This document shows positions 39,774-52,378 of a DNA stretch of 58,789 nucleotides, in pieces. The notes beneath the pieces are model-generated. The model had not been told where the DNA came from. It did not search any database and saw only the letters and a list, made by a program, of their open reading frames with translations. The DNA is from an uncultured Gemmatimonadota bacterium (GTDB lineage: Bacteria > GCA-2686955): assembly GCA_964490075.1 (NCBI GenBank), contig CAZBBK010000003.1:124001-182789 (forward strand), written 5' to 3'. Within the stretch, counting starts at the first letter, position 1, and every line of letters begins with the position of its first letter. The position numbers were made by a program, and so were the translations under genes.

Positions 39774-41327
39774 ATGGCCGACCAGCCAGGCATCGAAGCC
39801 CTCCAGAAACGCCGGAAGCGGCTCTACGCGGGTGGCGGGGAGAAGCGGATCGAGAAGCAGCACGCCGCCGGCAAGCTGAGCGCGCGCGAGCGCCTGGCGC
39901 TGCTCTACGACACCGAGACCTTTCAGGAGAGCGGCCTCTACACCCGCCACCGCTGCACCCGTTTCGGCATGGCCGGCAAGGAGCTGCCGGGCGAGGGAGT
40001 GGTCACCGGAGTCGGTTGCGTCGACGGGCGTTGGGTCTACGCCGCGAGCCAGGATTTCACCGTCGCCGGCGGCTCGGTGGGGGAGGGGACGGCGCGCAAG
40101 ATCACCGACGTGATGGAGGGCGCGCTGCGCACCGGCGCCCCCTTCGTGTTCATCAACGACGGCGCCGGGGCGCGCATTCAGGAGGGAGTCGACGCGCTCA
40201 GCGCCTACGGGCGGATCTTCCACCACAATATCCGTGGCTCCGGCGTGGTGCCGCAGATCAGCGTCATCGCCGGACCCTGTGCCGGCGGCGCCGCCTACTC
40301 GCCGGCTCTGACCGACTTCATCGTCCAGGTGCGGCGCGTCGGGCAGCTCTACATCACCGGTCCGCGGGTGATCGAGCAGGTCACCGGCGAAGTGGTCAGC
40401 GCCGAGCAGCTCGGCGGGGTCGAGAGCCACGCCCACTACTCCGGCGTGGTGCACTTCGTCGCCGAGGACGACCGCGACGCCTGCGAGCTGACCCGCCGCC
40501 TGCTCTCCTTCCTGCCAGCCAACAACACCGAGAGCGCCCCCTTCTACGCCGAGCTGCATTCCGATTCGGTCGCGCCGGAGCCGGCCCTGGCCGAGGTGCT
40601 GCCCGACGATCCGAGCCGCGCCTACGACGTGCACCAGGTGCTACGTCTGGTGCTCGACCAGGGCGATCTGCTGGCGGTGCAGGAGCAGTTCGCGCCCAAC
40701 ATCGTGGTCGGCTTCGGGCGCATCAACGGGCGCACGGTCGGTGTGGTCGCCAACCAGCCGGCCGAGCGCGCCGGCGTCCTGGACATCGACGCCTCGGCCA
40801 AGTCGGCGCGTTTTATCCGTTTCTGCAACGCCTTCAACATCCCTCTGATCAGCTTCGTCGACGTGCCAGGCTTTCTGCCCGGCGTCGAACAGGAGTACGG
40901 CGGCATCATCCGCCACGGCGCCAAGATGCTCTTCGCCTGGGGTGCGGCCACGGTGCCGAAGCTCACGGTGGTGCTGCGCAAGGCCTACGGCGGCGCCTAC
41001 CTGGCGATGTGCCCGAAGAGCATGGGGGCCGACGCGGTCTGCGCCTGGCCGACGGCCGAGATCGCGGTGATGGGGGCGCAGGGCGCGGTCAACGTGCTCT
41101 ACCGCCGCGAGATCGCCGCGGCCGACGATGCCGACGCGGCGCGCAAGAAGCTGGTCGACGACTACCGGGCCGAGTTTTCCAACCCCTACGTGGCGGCGGC
41201 ACGGGGGCTGGTCGACGACGTGATCGAGCCGCCCGAGACCCGTGCCTGGCTGGCGGCTCAGCTCGATGTGCTGCAGAACAAGCGCGAGCTGCGGCCGGCC
41301 AAGAAGCACGGGCTGATCCCGCTCTAG
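39774..41327 (+). CDS. mmdA: Carboxyltransferase alpha subunit (methylmalonyl-CoA decarboxylase MmdA/PccB family)
   Basis: GKLSARERL, QDFTVAGGS, GARIQEG, GPCAGGAAYSPALTDF, DVPGFLPG, RKAYGGAY, KKHGLIPL. Confidence 0.85.
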   Translation: MADQPGIEALQKRRKRLYAGGGEKRIEKQHAAGKLSARERLALLYDTETFQESGLYTRHRCTRFGMAGKELPGEGVVTGVGCVDGRWVYAASQDFTVAGGSVGEGTARKITDVMEGALRTGAPFVFINDGAGARIQEGVDALSAYGRIFHHNIRGSGVVPQISVIAGPCAGGAAYSPALTDFIVQVRRVGQLYITGPRVIEQVTGEVVSAEQLGGVESHAHYSGVVHFVAEDDRDACELTRRLLSFLPANNTESAPFYAELHSDSVAPEPALAEVLPDDPSRAYDVHQVLRLVLDQGDLLAVQEQFAPNIVVGFGRINGRTVGVVANQPAERAGVLDIDASAKSARFIRFCNAFNIPLISFVDVPGFLPGVEQEYGGIIRHGAKMLFAWGAATVPKLTVVLRKAYGGAYLAMCPKSMGADAVCAWPTAEIAVMGAQGAVNVLYRREIAAADDADAARKKLVDDYRAEFSNPYVAAARGLVDDVIEPPETRAWLAAQLDVLQNKRELRPAKKHGLIPL

Positions 41328-41344
41328 GAACCTGGGAGACACCC

Positions 41345-41680
41345 ATGACACAGGGACTGGTGCTCGCCGCGGTCGGCTTCGTGATCGTGTTCACGGTGCT
41401 GGGCCTGATCGCGTCGGTGGTGGCGTTGATCGGGCGTCTCGACGCGGGGTGGAGCGCCCAGGAGAGCGTGCGGGACCGCGCCGCGACCGACAAGGCGCCG
41501 ACTATCGACGACACTACTTTGGTGCTGATCTCGGCGGCGGTGGCGACACTCTTGCAGGGTCGCGGTCGAGTGCGGCGCATCCGCCGTCTGCAGCGCGGGC
41601 TCTCGGAGAGCGCCTGGTCGCGCCAGGGTTTGAGCATCCACCACCAGAGCCACCGGCCGCGAGCCGGCGACGCGTCATAG
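41345..41680 (+). CDS. OadG/MmdD-type delta subunit
   Basis: N-terminal TM (GFVIVFTVLGLI), LISAAVA, SAWSRQG; position in the operon. Confidence 0.75.
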   Translation: MTQGLVLAAVGFVIVFTVLGLIASVVALIGRLDAGWSAQESVRDRAATDKAPTIDDTTLVLISAAVATLLQGRGRVRRIRRLQRGLSESAWSRQGLSIHHQSHRPRAGDAS

Positions 41681-41690
41681 AAAGGCGATC

Positions 41691-42095
41691 ATGAAGCTGA
41701 AGATCACGGTCCACGGCGTGGCCTACGAAGTGGAGGTCGAAGTGCTCGATGCCGGAGAGGGCTTCCCGGCCGGTGGCCCCTTGCCGGCGGCGCCCGCGGC
41801 CCCTCGCGTCGCGCCCCCCGGCGCCGGTGCACACCCGCCGCCCTTGCGTCCGGAGCGACCTTCCCAGGCGGCCCCCGCGGACGCCGGAACGGTCGCGGCG
41901 CCGATCGCCGGCACGGTCATCGAGCTGCTGGTCACCGTCGGCGACAGTGTTTCCGCCGGCCAGGACGTGGTCGTCGTGGAGGCGATGAAGATGCAGACCA
42001 ACATCGCCGCCGCCAGCGCCGGCAAGGTCGCCAAGATCCATGTCGCCGCCGGCGATTCGGTGCGTGAGGGCCAGGCCCTGATCGAGCTGGGCTGA
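41691..42095 (+). CDS. Biotin carboxyl carrier (gamma) subunit
   Basis: KITVHGVAYEVEVE, Ala/Pro linker, EAMKM biotinylation motif. Confidence 0.93.
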   Translation: MKLKITVHGVAYEVEVEVLDAGEGFPAGGPLPAAPAAPRVAPPGAGAHPPPLRPERPSQAAPADAGTVAAPIAGTVIELLVTVGDSVSAGQDVVVVEAMKMQTNIAAASAGKVAKIHVAAGDSVREGQALIELG

Positions 42096-42105
42096 GGGGC
42101 GCGCC

Positions 42106-43230
42106 GTGGAGGTTCTCACCCAGTTTCTGCAGTCCAGCGCCTTCGCCAACCTCACGATCGGCAACCTGGTGATGATCGCCGTCGGTCTGCTTTTCTTGTG
42201 GCTGGCGATCACCAAGGACTACGAGCCCTTGCTGCTGGTGCCGATCGGCTTCGGCATTCTGATCGGCAACATCCCCCTGCGCGAGGGGATGAACATCGGC
42301 GTCTACGAGCCGGGCAGCGTGCTCTCGATCCTCTACAAAGGAGTGAGCGACGGTTGGTATCCGCCGCTGATCTTCCTCGGGATCGGCGCCATGACCGATT
42401 TCTCGGCGCTGCTCTCGGCCCCCAAACTGGTGCTGCTCGGAGCCGCCGCGCAAGCCGGGATCTTCCTCACCTTCCTGGGCGCGCTGGCGCTCGGCTTCGG
42501 CGTCTCCGAGGCGGCCGCGATCGGCATCATCGGCGGTGCCGACGGCCCGACGGCGATCTTCCTGGCGTCGAAGCTGGCGCCCGAACGGCTCGGCGCGATC
42601 GCCATCGCCGCCTACTCCTACATGGCCCTGGTGCCGGTGATCCAGCCGCCGATCATTCGACTCTTGACCACCCGCGAAGAGCGCCTGATCCGCATGAAAC
42701 CCTCGCGCCCGGTCAGCCGCCGCACCCGCATCATCTTTCCGATCGTCGGTTTTCTGGTCGCCTCCTTCGCCGCACCCGGATCGATCACCCTGCTCGGCAT
42801 GCTCTTCTTCGGCAACCTGCTCAAGGAGTGTGGCGTCACAGAGCGCCTTGCCAGCACCGCGCGCGGCGCCTTCATCGACATGGTCACCATCCTGCTCGGC
42901 CTGACCGTCGGCACCTCCACCGACGCCGCGCGCTTCTTGACGCCGCAGTCGATACAGATTTTTGCCCTCGGCGCCGCCTCGTTTTGTGTCGCCACCGGCT
43001 CCGGCGTGCTCTTCGCGAAGCTGATGAACCTGTTCTCGAAAGAGAAGATCAACCCGATCATCGGCGCCGCGGGGGTCTCGGCAGTGCCCGACTCGGCGCG
43101 CGTCTGCCAGGTGGTGGGAGCGCGCGAGGACCCGTCGAACTTCCTGATCATGCACGCCATGGCCCCAAATGTCGCCGGCGTGATCGGCTCAGCGGTGGCG
43201 GCGGGGGTGTTTTTGGCGGCGCTGGTATGA
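42106..43230 (+). CDS. Na+-translocating decarboxylase beta subunit (OadB/MmdB)
   Basis: EPLLLVPIGFG, IGIIGGADGPT, AYSYMALVP, GVSAVPDSARV, NVAGVIGS. Confidence 0.95.
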   Translation: MEVLTQFLQSSAFANLTIGNLVMIAVGLLFLWLAITKDYEPLLLVPIGFGILIGNIPLREGMNIGVYEPGSVLSILYKGVSDGWYPPLIFLGIGAMTDFSALLSAPKLVLLGAAAQAGIFLTFLGALALGFGVSEAAAIGIIGGADGPTAIFLASKLAPERLGAIAIAAYSYMALVPVIQPPIIRLLTTREERLIRMKPSRPVSRRTRIIFPIVGFLVASFAAPGSITLLGMLFFGNLLKECGVTERLASTARGAFIDMVTILLGLTVGTSTDAARFLTPQSIQIFALGAASFCVATGSGVLFAKLMNLFSKEKINPIIGAAGVSAVPDSARVCQVVGAREDPSNFLIMHAMAPNVAGVIGSAVAAGVFLAALV

Positions 43231-43339
43231 GATGCGTGTTGCGCCACGCCGGAGCTCGCACCCTTTGCCTCATTGAATAGAGAGCCCCTCTGACGTTGTA
43301 ATCAGAAGAGCCCGTCCCTCGCAACGATGGAGCCCCGCC

Positions 43340-43657
43340 ATGATACAATCCCAAGCACCCAGCCGCCGGGCCCGCGAGTTCAGCCGCACTCTCCTCAACG
43401 CCATCGACGAGAGCAAGGGAACCGATCCAAAACTGCGCGATCACGATGTGCGCATGGCCCTGCGGCTGGCCGATCGGGAGTTCTCCGGCGGCACGGCACG
43501 CGTGCTGGCCGTAGTGAGCGCCGTGATCGCGATGCTGATCGGCCTGGGCGTATCGATGGAGCTGGGAGCCGAGGCCACGCCACAGTTCTTCGCCATCGCG
43601 GGGATCGTCGCCGTACCGGCGCTGATCGTGGTGGTCCGCGTGCTGCGCCGCTCCTGA
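43340..43657 (+). CDS. Small hypothetical protein with two C-terminal TM helices
   Basis: SD GGAG + ATG; two hydrophobic segments. Confidence 0.6.
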   Translation: MIQSQAPSRRAREFSRTLLNAIDESKGTDPKLRDHDVRMALRLADREFSGGTARVLAVVSAVIAMLIGLGVSMELGAEATPQFFAIAGIVAVPALIVVVRVLRRS

Positions 43658-43756
43658 TCTCCACGATCTCCCACCACTGCTAGAATCGTCCGGGTAGCCC
43701 CTTCGGCACGCATCTCGCCCAGAGGGCACGAGCGCGACGCCGGCCAGGCGAGCGGC

Positions 43757-44095
43757 GTGGTCGGATTGATCGAAGCCGATGTCGGCGTGCGGGACTCGCG
43801 GCCCACGAGCCCGCGGCCGCGCTGCGAGCTGATCGGGAACCGCCCCAATCCCTTCAATCCGAGCACCGCGATCGACTTCCGGACGGCGCGCGCGGGGCAC
43901 GCGCGGCTGCGGGTGTTCGATCTCAGCGGCCGCCTGGTGGCGAGCCTGGTCGATTCGGTGCTGCCGGCGGGCGCCCACTCGGTGCGCTGGACGGGCGTGA
44001 ACCAGCACGGCCTGCCAGTCGGCTCAGGGGTCTATCTCTATCGCCTACGGGCCGGCGGCGAGACCCAGACCAAGAGGATGGTGATTCTCGAATAG
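43757..44095 (+). pseudogene. Orphan FlgD-Ig / C-terminal sorting-like domain (fragment of a larger secreted protein)
   Basis: NRPNPFNPSTAI.F...LRVFDLSGRLV..L...GAHSVRW.G....G.PVGSGVYLYRL...KRMVIL; no signal peptide or cargo domain. Confidence 0.7.
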
Positions 44096-44126
44096 GGGTG
44101 GGGCCGGTTGGGTCGAGCGGCGACCT

Positions 44127-44894
44127 TCAGTCCAACCACCCGAACCCGTACTCATCCAGCAGTGCCGCCAGGAACGACCGCTGCTCCGGAGCGCCTAGCG
44201 AGTCCCCATCCACGAATGCAGCCCCGCGTCTGCCGGGCGGGACGGACCCATCTGCTGCGTTGGCGAAACCTCGAAATAGCCCTGCTATTCCTTCGGCTTC
44301 GCCGCCTTGCAGCTGGGCCCGTCGCGCTCCGGCAGCCGCAGACCTGCATTCGTGGATGGGAACTAGCGAGGCGACGGCACATGCGGCCGCGATCTCGCCG
44401 CGGGCACGATCAAAGATCACCGCGGCCACTCGCGATGGATCGTGGCGCGCTCGAAAAAGCAGACCATCGGCCCCGGAGGGGTGCACGTGGAGCGCGAGCG
44501 ACCAGCGTTGAGCCAGCGCGTAGTCGTCTCCACTCGTGAGCCGCGCGTCGGCACCGATCCCGGCGAGGCCGGATCCGCTCAGGTCGACGAGGCGCAACGG
44601 GCGGGTCGACCGGATCTCCGAAAGCGAGCACGCCTCGATGTCCGCCTGGGCCAGGAGTCGCACACCCGTGGCACGACCGAACACCTCGATGAAGGCACCC
44701 TGCGCGTCGCGGGCCACGTAGAGCACCCCGAAGCGGCCATCGGGGGCGTCGAATCGGTTGGCCGCGGAGCGGCCGAAGTGCAAGGGATCGTGGGCGCGGC
44801 GGTGGAGACGCAGCCAGGGACCATGCTCCTCGGTCAGCGGGAGCGCACGATCCTCGAGGTCGCCGGGTGGCTCCGGATGGGGGCGAGGTGCCAA
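44127..44894 (-). CDS. RES-domain toxin (NAD+ phosphorylase family) carrying a 56-codon in-frame insertion
   Basis: NRFDAPDG.FGVLY.A, AFIE, LVDL.G, GLLFRARHDP; lies 3 bp downstream of the antitoxin. Confidence 0.82.
   Translation of the reverse strand: MAPRPHPEPPGDLEDRALPLTEEHGPWLRLHRRAHDPLHFGRSAANRFDAPDGRFGVLYVARDAQGAFIEVFGRATGVRLLAQADIEACSLSEIRSTRPLRLVDLSGSGLAGIGADARLTSGDDYALAQRWSLALHVHPSGADGLLFRARHDPSRVAAVIFDRARGEIAAACAVASLVPIHECRSAAAGARRAQLQGGEAEGIAGLFRGFANAADGSVPPGRRGAAFVDGDSLGAPEQRSFLAALLDEYGFGWLD
44201..44364. mobile_element. Palindromic MITE family C inserted in-frame in the RES gene
   Basis: 21-bp TIRs AGTCCCCATCCACGAATGCAG / CTGCATTCGTGGATGGGAACT (20/21); CTAGCGAG directly repeated at 44195-44202 and 44363-44370 (168-bp period). 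Confidence 0.85.
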
Positions 44895-44897
44895 GAG

Positions 44898-48343
<3,446 letters not shown>

Positions 48344-48344
<1 letters not shown>

Positions 48345-49822
48345 TGGCGGGGGGCAGCTTTCGGCGGCGAGCACGGGGGGCAACGCGGCCGCTGCGCCAT
48401 GCGGCGGCGGCAGGGGCGCTGCGCGCTCTGCCGCTGCTGCTGCGGGCACTGCCGCGCCCCGTGGCCCTCGGTCTGGGCGACCGGCTCGGCAGCCTGGCGC
48501 GCTGGCTGGCCCCCAAGGCATGGCGGCGGGCGCATGTCAACATCGGCGAGATCTATCGCGTCGACCGGCGCCGGGCCCGGCGCATGGCGCGGCGGGTGTT
48601 TCGGATGGCGGGCCGCAACGCCGCCGACGCCCTGGCGCGGGCCGACCGGCCGGCGCTGGCGGCCCCTTGGATCGATGTCCAGGCGAAGGAGCTGGAGGAG
48701 CTGTGCCGCGCCAGCCGGACCGGCGGCGTCGTGCTGCTGGTGCCTCACCTGGGGGCCTTCGAGCTCTTGGGCACCGCGCTCGCGGCGCGCGGTCTGGACA
48801 TCGTGGTGCCGGCCACGCCTTCCCGCAACGCCGCCTTCGAGCGAGTGCTGAGCGCGCGGCGGCGCGCGGCCGGGGTGCGGACCCTCGCGCGGGGCGGGGC
48901 GATTCCGGCGCTGATGACGCATCTGGCCGAGGGCGGAATCGTGGCGATTCTGATGGACCAGGACACCAAGGTCTCGAGCATCGACGCCGACTTCCTGGGG
49001 CGCACGGCGCGCACGCCGGTCGGTCCGGCGGTGCTGGCGCTGCGCAGCGGCGCGCCGGTGTTCTGTGCGTCGATTCACCTCGACTCGGAGGATCGCCACC
49101 AGGTGCGAATGAGCCGGGTGCAGGCCATGGGTGAGAGGGGCGACCCGACGGCTCTGAGCCGGCGCTTCAACGATGCCCTGGGCGAGCACATCGGCCGGGC
49201 GCCGGAGCAGTGGGTCTGGTTCCATCGCCGCTGGCGCTTCGACGCGGAGTCGGAAATCGCCCGGTCCACCAGGCCACGCGCGACGCCGGTCCGGGTGGCC
49301 GCGGTCGCCGCTGCGATCGTGGCGGCCGGCGCGGGCGCCGGCTGCGGAAGCGCGAGCGACGAGCCGCCGGCGCCGCGCGTCGAGGGCCCCGATCAGATCG
49401 TCCACGACTTCACCCTGCGCGAGTCCGAACGCGGCAACCTGCGCTGGTCGCTGCGCTCCGACACCGCGCGCGTGTTCCGCGAATCCCGCACCGAGCTCGA
49501 CGGCGTGCACCTGGTCTTCCTCGATGCCGAGGGCGACACGCTGACCACCATCGAGGCCGAACGCGGGCGGCGCGCCGCCGGCAGCGACATCGTGGTCGCC
49601 CTCGGGGCGGTGCGGGTCGACCAGGCGGACGGCACCATCGTCCACACCGACTCCCTGGTCTGGAACCCCACCAGCGAACGAATCACCACCGATGCCGAGG
49701 TCGAGATCCGCCAGGGCGGCGACCTGGTGCGGGGCATCGGCCTCGACGCCGACCCCAGCCTCGAAGACGTCGTCCTTAAGGCGGGGGTGAGCGGGGAGTT
49801 CGAGGAGACGGACCTGGAGTAG
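48344..49822 (+). CDS. Fusion ORF: LpxL-like lipid A late acyltransferase + LptC
   Basis: N-part HLGAFE, LMDQD, PEQWVWFHRRW; then a hydrophobic segment ending AGAGC and LptC-type TDSLVW...ITTD.EV.I....VRGIGLDAD; no stop between them. Confidence 0.75.
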
Positions 49823-49860
49823 GGCGCCGCGGCACCGGGGCAACGCTTCGCCCCGCCTCC

Positions 49861-52305
49861 TCACTCCAAATCGATGCGCACCTTTCCGTAGCCGTCGACG
49901 CGGTCCGCGGAGCGTTCGCCGATCTGCACGTAGTAGTGGTAAGGACCGGGCGTCAGACTTCCGGGCACGGTGTGGTTCAACGTGTGCGTGATCTCTTCTC
50001 CCGGCGCCAGCGTCAGCGCCGTGGGCGCCACTACCGGGTCGAGCGCGCCGCCCTCGGGCGGCACCGCGCGGGTCCACCACTCGCCGCTCCAGTCGTTCTG
50101 CCCCTCATTGGCGATGGTGAAGCCGATGCGCGCCGCTTCGCCGTGGTGCACCACCCGGGATTCGGTCGACACGGCCACCTGCAGCGCACCGAGGCGGGAG
50201 TCCATCCCCAACCACTTCAGCACCCGGGCCATCACCAGGCGCCGGTCGCTCGGATTGTCGATCGCCTCGAAACCCCAGGGCAAGTAGACCAGGCGGTAGC
50301 GCCCCTCCCAGGCCAGTCCCGCCCCCTTGCCTCCCTGGTAGTCGAAAACGCCATGCGCGCCCCCGGTCGCCTCGACCCAGGAGGGATACCACTGGTGGTC
50401 CGAGCCGTCTCCCTCCTCGATCCTCAGGTCCAGCCCGTCGGTGATCAGATCGCCGGCCCGTCCGAGCACGCGCCAGCGATCGGAGTCGTCGTCGCGGAAG
50501 TCGGCCTTCAGATAGCTCTCGTAGAAGGGCGACCACCAGGCGATGTCGTAGCCGATGTCCTGTCCAGTCAGAAAGATGGCGCCGCCGCCGTCCAGGTAGG
50601 CGATCAGGGTCTCGGTGTCGTCCTGGTCGAGCGTCGTGGTCTGATCGTCGCCGGTGAACCAGACCAGCGCCGCGTAGCCGGCCAGCTGCTCGATGCTCGG
50701 CCGGCCGTCGAGGGCCACCGAGTGGGTCTCGAAGGCATACTGGTTGGCCTCCAGCGCATCGGCGAAGTAGACCTCGTAGCCTTTGCCGTCGTCGTCGTCT
50801 ACCAGCAGCACCTGGCGGTCCCAGACGGTGAAGCAATGGGACCCCTCGTCCGGCACCCGAAAGCCCCGCCCGTCCTCGCCACGCACCGCGAAGTGGTAGC
50901 AAATCTGGGCTCCCGCGCTCTGGCCCGGCAGATCGGCCCGGAAGCGGCCCGGGCCGGTCTCGAAAAGCGGCAGCGTCAGCGAATCGCCCCCGTCGACTCG
51001 GTACACCAGGTCGAGCCGCTCGGGCACGAAGCCGGGATAGTGCAGCGTATCGATGTCGACCGTCAGGGGGTAGGGACCCAGGGTGTCGGTGGTCGACGGA
51101 TGGGGCGCGTGTTCCAACACCGGTGTCAAGCGCTCGGCGTAATAGGCCAGGTAGAGATTGGCCTGCAGGTTCTCGGCGACCAGGCGGTCGATCTGGTGGT
51201 CGGGCGGCCAGAACTCGTCCCCTACCTCGACCGTGAAGCTGATCATCCTGGGCTTCGACGTGTCGCCGTACATCCAGTCGTCGGAGTCGCCGTTGGTGTT
51301 GTAGATCACGCCGCTGAGCGGATTGCCCGGCAAGTAACCGTTGGTGGTTCCCAGGTCCTCGCCGACTCGCTTGAAAATATGATGGTGGGGCGTGTTGGCG
51401 TCGATATATCCCCAGGGATAGACGTAGAGGTCGCCGTAGGAGTGGTAGGAGAAGCACCCGGAGAGGCGCAGCCCCTGGCAGAAGTCGCGCACCGCGCGGT
51501 TCTCCGGCTCGGAAAAGGGGTACGGTCCGCGGTAGGTCTCGTCGCGCCTGTTGGGCGACGATCCGATATCGTCGTAGCCCCACTGGTATCCCCAGTTGCG
51601 ATTCAGATCGACCTCGTTGGCGTTCTTGCGCTGCAGCCAATCTCCGCCCTCGACCATCACATGCCCGTCGGGGTTCATCATCGGGATGAAGAAGGTCTCG
51701 CGGCCCTCGACGATCGTGTCGACCACCGGATCGCTTCCGTACTCCTCGAGCAGATGGCGCATGAAATGATAGGGAACTTCGGGTGCGATCAGCTCGCGGG
51801 CGTGGTGGCAGCCGAGGTAGAGAATCTGTAGCTCGTCGTCCTCGGAGACCTCGGGATTGTCGCTCACTTTCATACCCAGGATATAGCGATCTTGGACCGA
51901 GCGGCCCACCCGGCTCAGCCGGCACAGGTCCGGGAATTCCTGAGCAGTCGCCACCATGGCGGCGTTCAACTCGTCGTAGCTCAGGTAGGCTCCGAGATTC
52001 TCCTCGCGCAACGCCGCCGGAGCTCGCGACAGATAGTCCTCTTCGACGACCGCTACGCGAAACCCGGCCTCGCGCAGGGCCGCGATCTCGACATCGTCCA
52101 CCAGAAGCTCGAGCGCATCGAGCGAACGATCGAAGGCGATCACGTCGAAGCCGGCGGCGACCACCGATCGCAGCGAATGCCAGTCGTCGCCATGGAGGCG
52201 GACCTGGCGCACCGGGGTCTGGGCAAGGGGCTGCGGTCGTTGCGCGGCCGGCGCCGCGATCGGTGCCGTGCCAAGCGCGGCAGCCAGCCAGAGAGGAATG
52301 ATCGT
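49861..52305 (-). CDS. Secreted M14 zinc carboxypeptidase (carboxypeptidase T-like) with C-terminal extra domains; probable non-canonical start
   Basis: HHARE, NPDG, RKN, DLNRN, SYHSY, FTVE; signal peptide IIPLWLAAALG follows SD AAAGGA-N6-ACG. Confidence 0.85.
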   Translation of the reverse strand, partial: TIIPLWLAAALGTAPIAAPAAQRPQPLAQTPVRQVRLHGDDWHSLRSVVAAGFDVIAFDRSLDALELLVDDVEIAALREAGFRVAVVEEDYLSRAPAALREENLGAYLSYDELNAAMVATAQEFPDLCRLSRVGRSVQDRYILGMKVSDNPEVSEDDELQILYLGCHHARELIAPEVPYHFMRHLLEEYGSDPVVDTIVEGRETFFIPMMNPDGHVMVEGGDWLQRKNANEVDLNRNWGYQWGYDDIGSSPNRRDETYRGPYPFSEPENRAVRDFCQGLRLSGCFSYHSYGDLYVYPWGYIDANTPHHHIFKRVGEDLGTTNGYLPGNPLSGVIYNTNGDSDDWMYGDTSKPRMISFTVEVGDEFWPPDHQIDRLVAENLQANLYLAYYAERLTPVLEHAPHPSTTDTLGPYPLTVDIDTLHYPGFVPERLDLVYRVDGGDSLTLPLFETGPGRFRADLPGQSAGAQICYHFAVRGEDGRGFRVPDEGSHCFTVWDRQVLLVDDDDGKGYEVYFADALEANQYAFETHSVALDGRPSIEQLAGYAALVWFTGDDQTTTLDQDDTETLIAYLDGGGAIFLTGQDIGYDIAWWSPFYESYLKADFRDDDSDRWRVLGRAGDLITDGLDLRIEEGDGSDHQWYPSWVEATGGAHGVFDYQGGKGAGLAWEGRYRLVYLPWGFEAIDNPSDRRLVMARVLKWLGMDSRLGALQVAVSTESRVVHHGEAARIGFTIANEGQNDWSGEWWTRAVPPEGGALDPVVAPTALTLAPGEEITHTLNHTVPGSLTPGPYHYYVQIGERSADRVDGYGKVRIDLE

Positions 52306-52378
52306 GGGACTTCCTTTCTCCCTCGATGGTGTACCGCCGATCTTGACCCCAACGTGCGCCGATGTCCATGCTTGCCGG

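Noticed and set aside
43340-44095. Possible TGA read-through (selenocysteine) joining the small membrane protein to the CTD-like domain in the same frame
   Set aside because: The intervening translation is low-complexity, there is no Sec-type motif or recognisable SECIS, and a shared frame has a 1-in-3 chance
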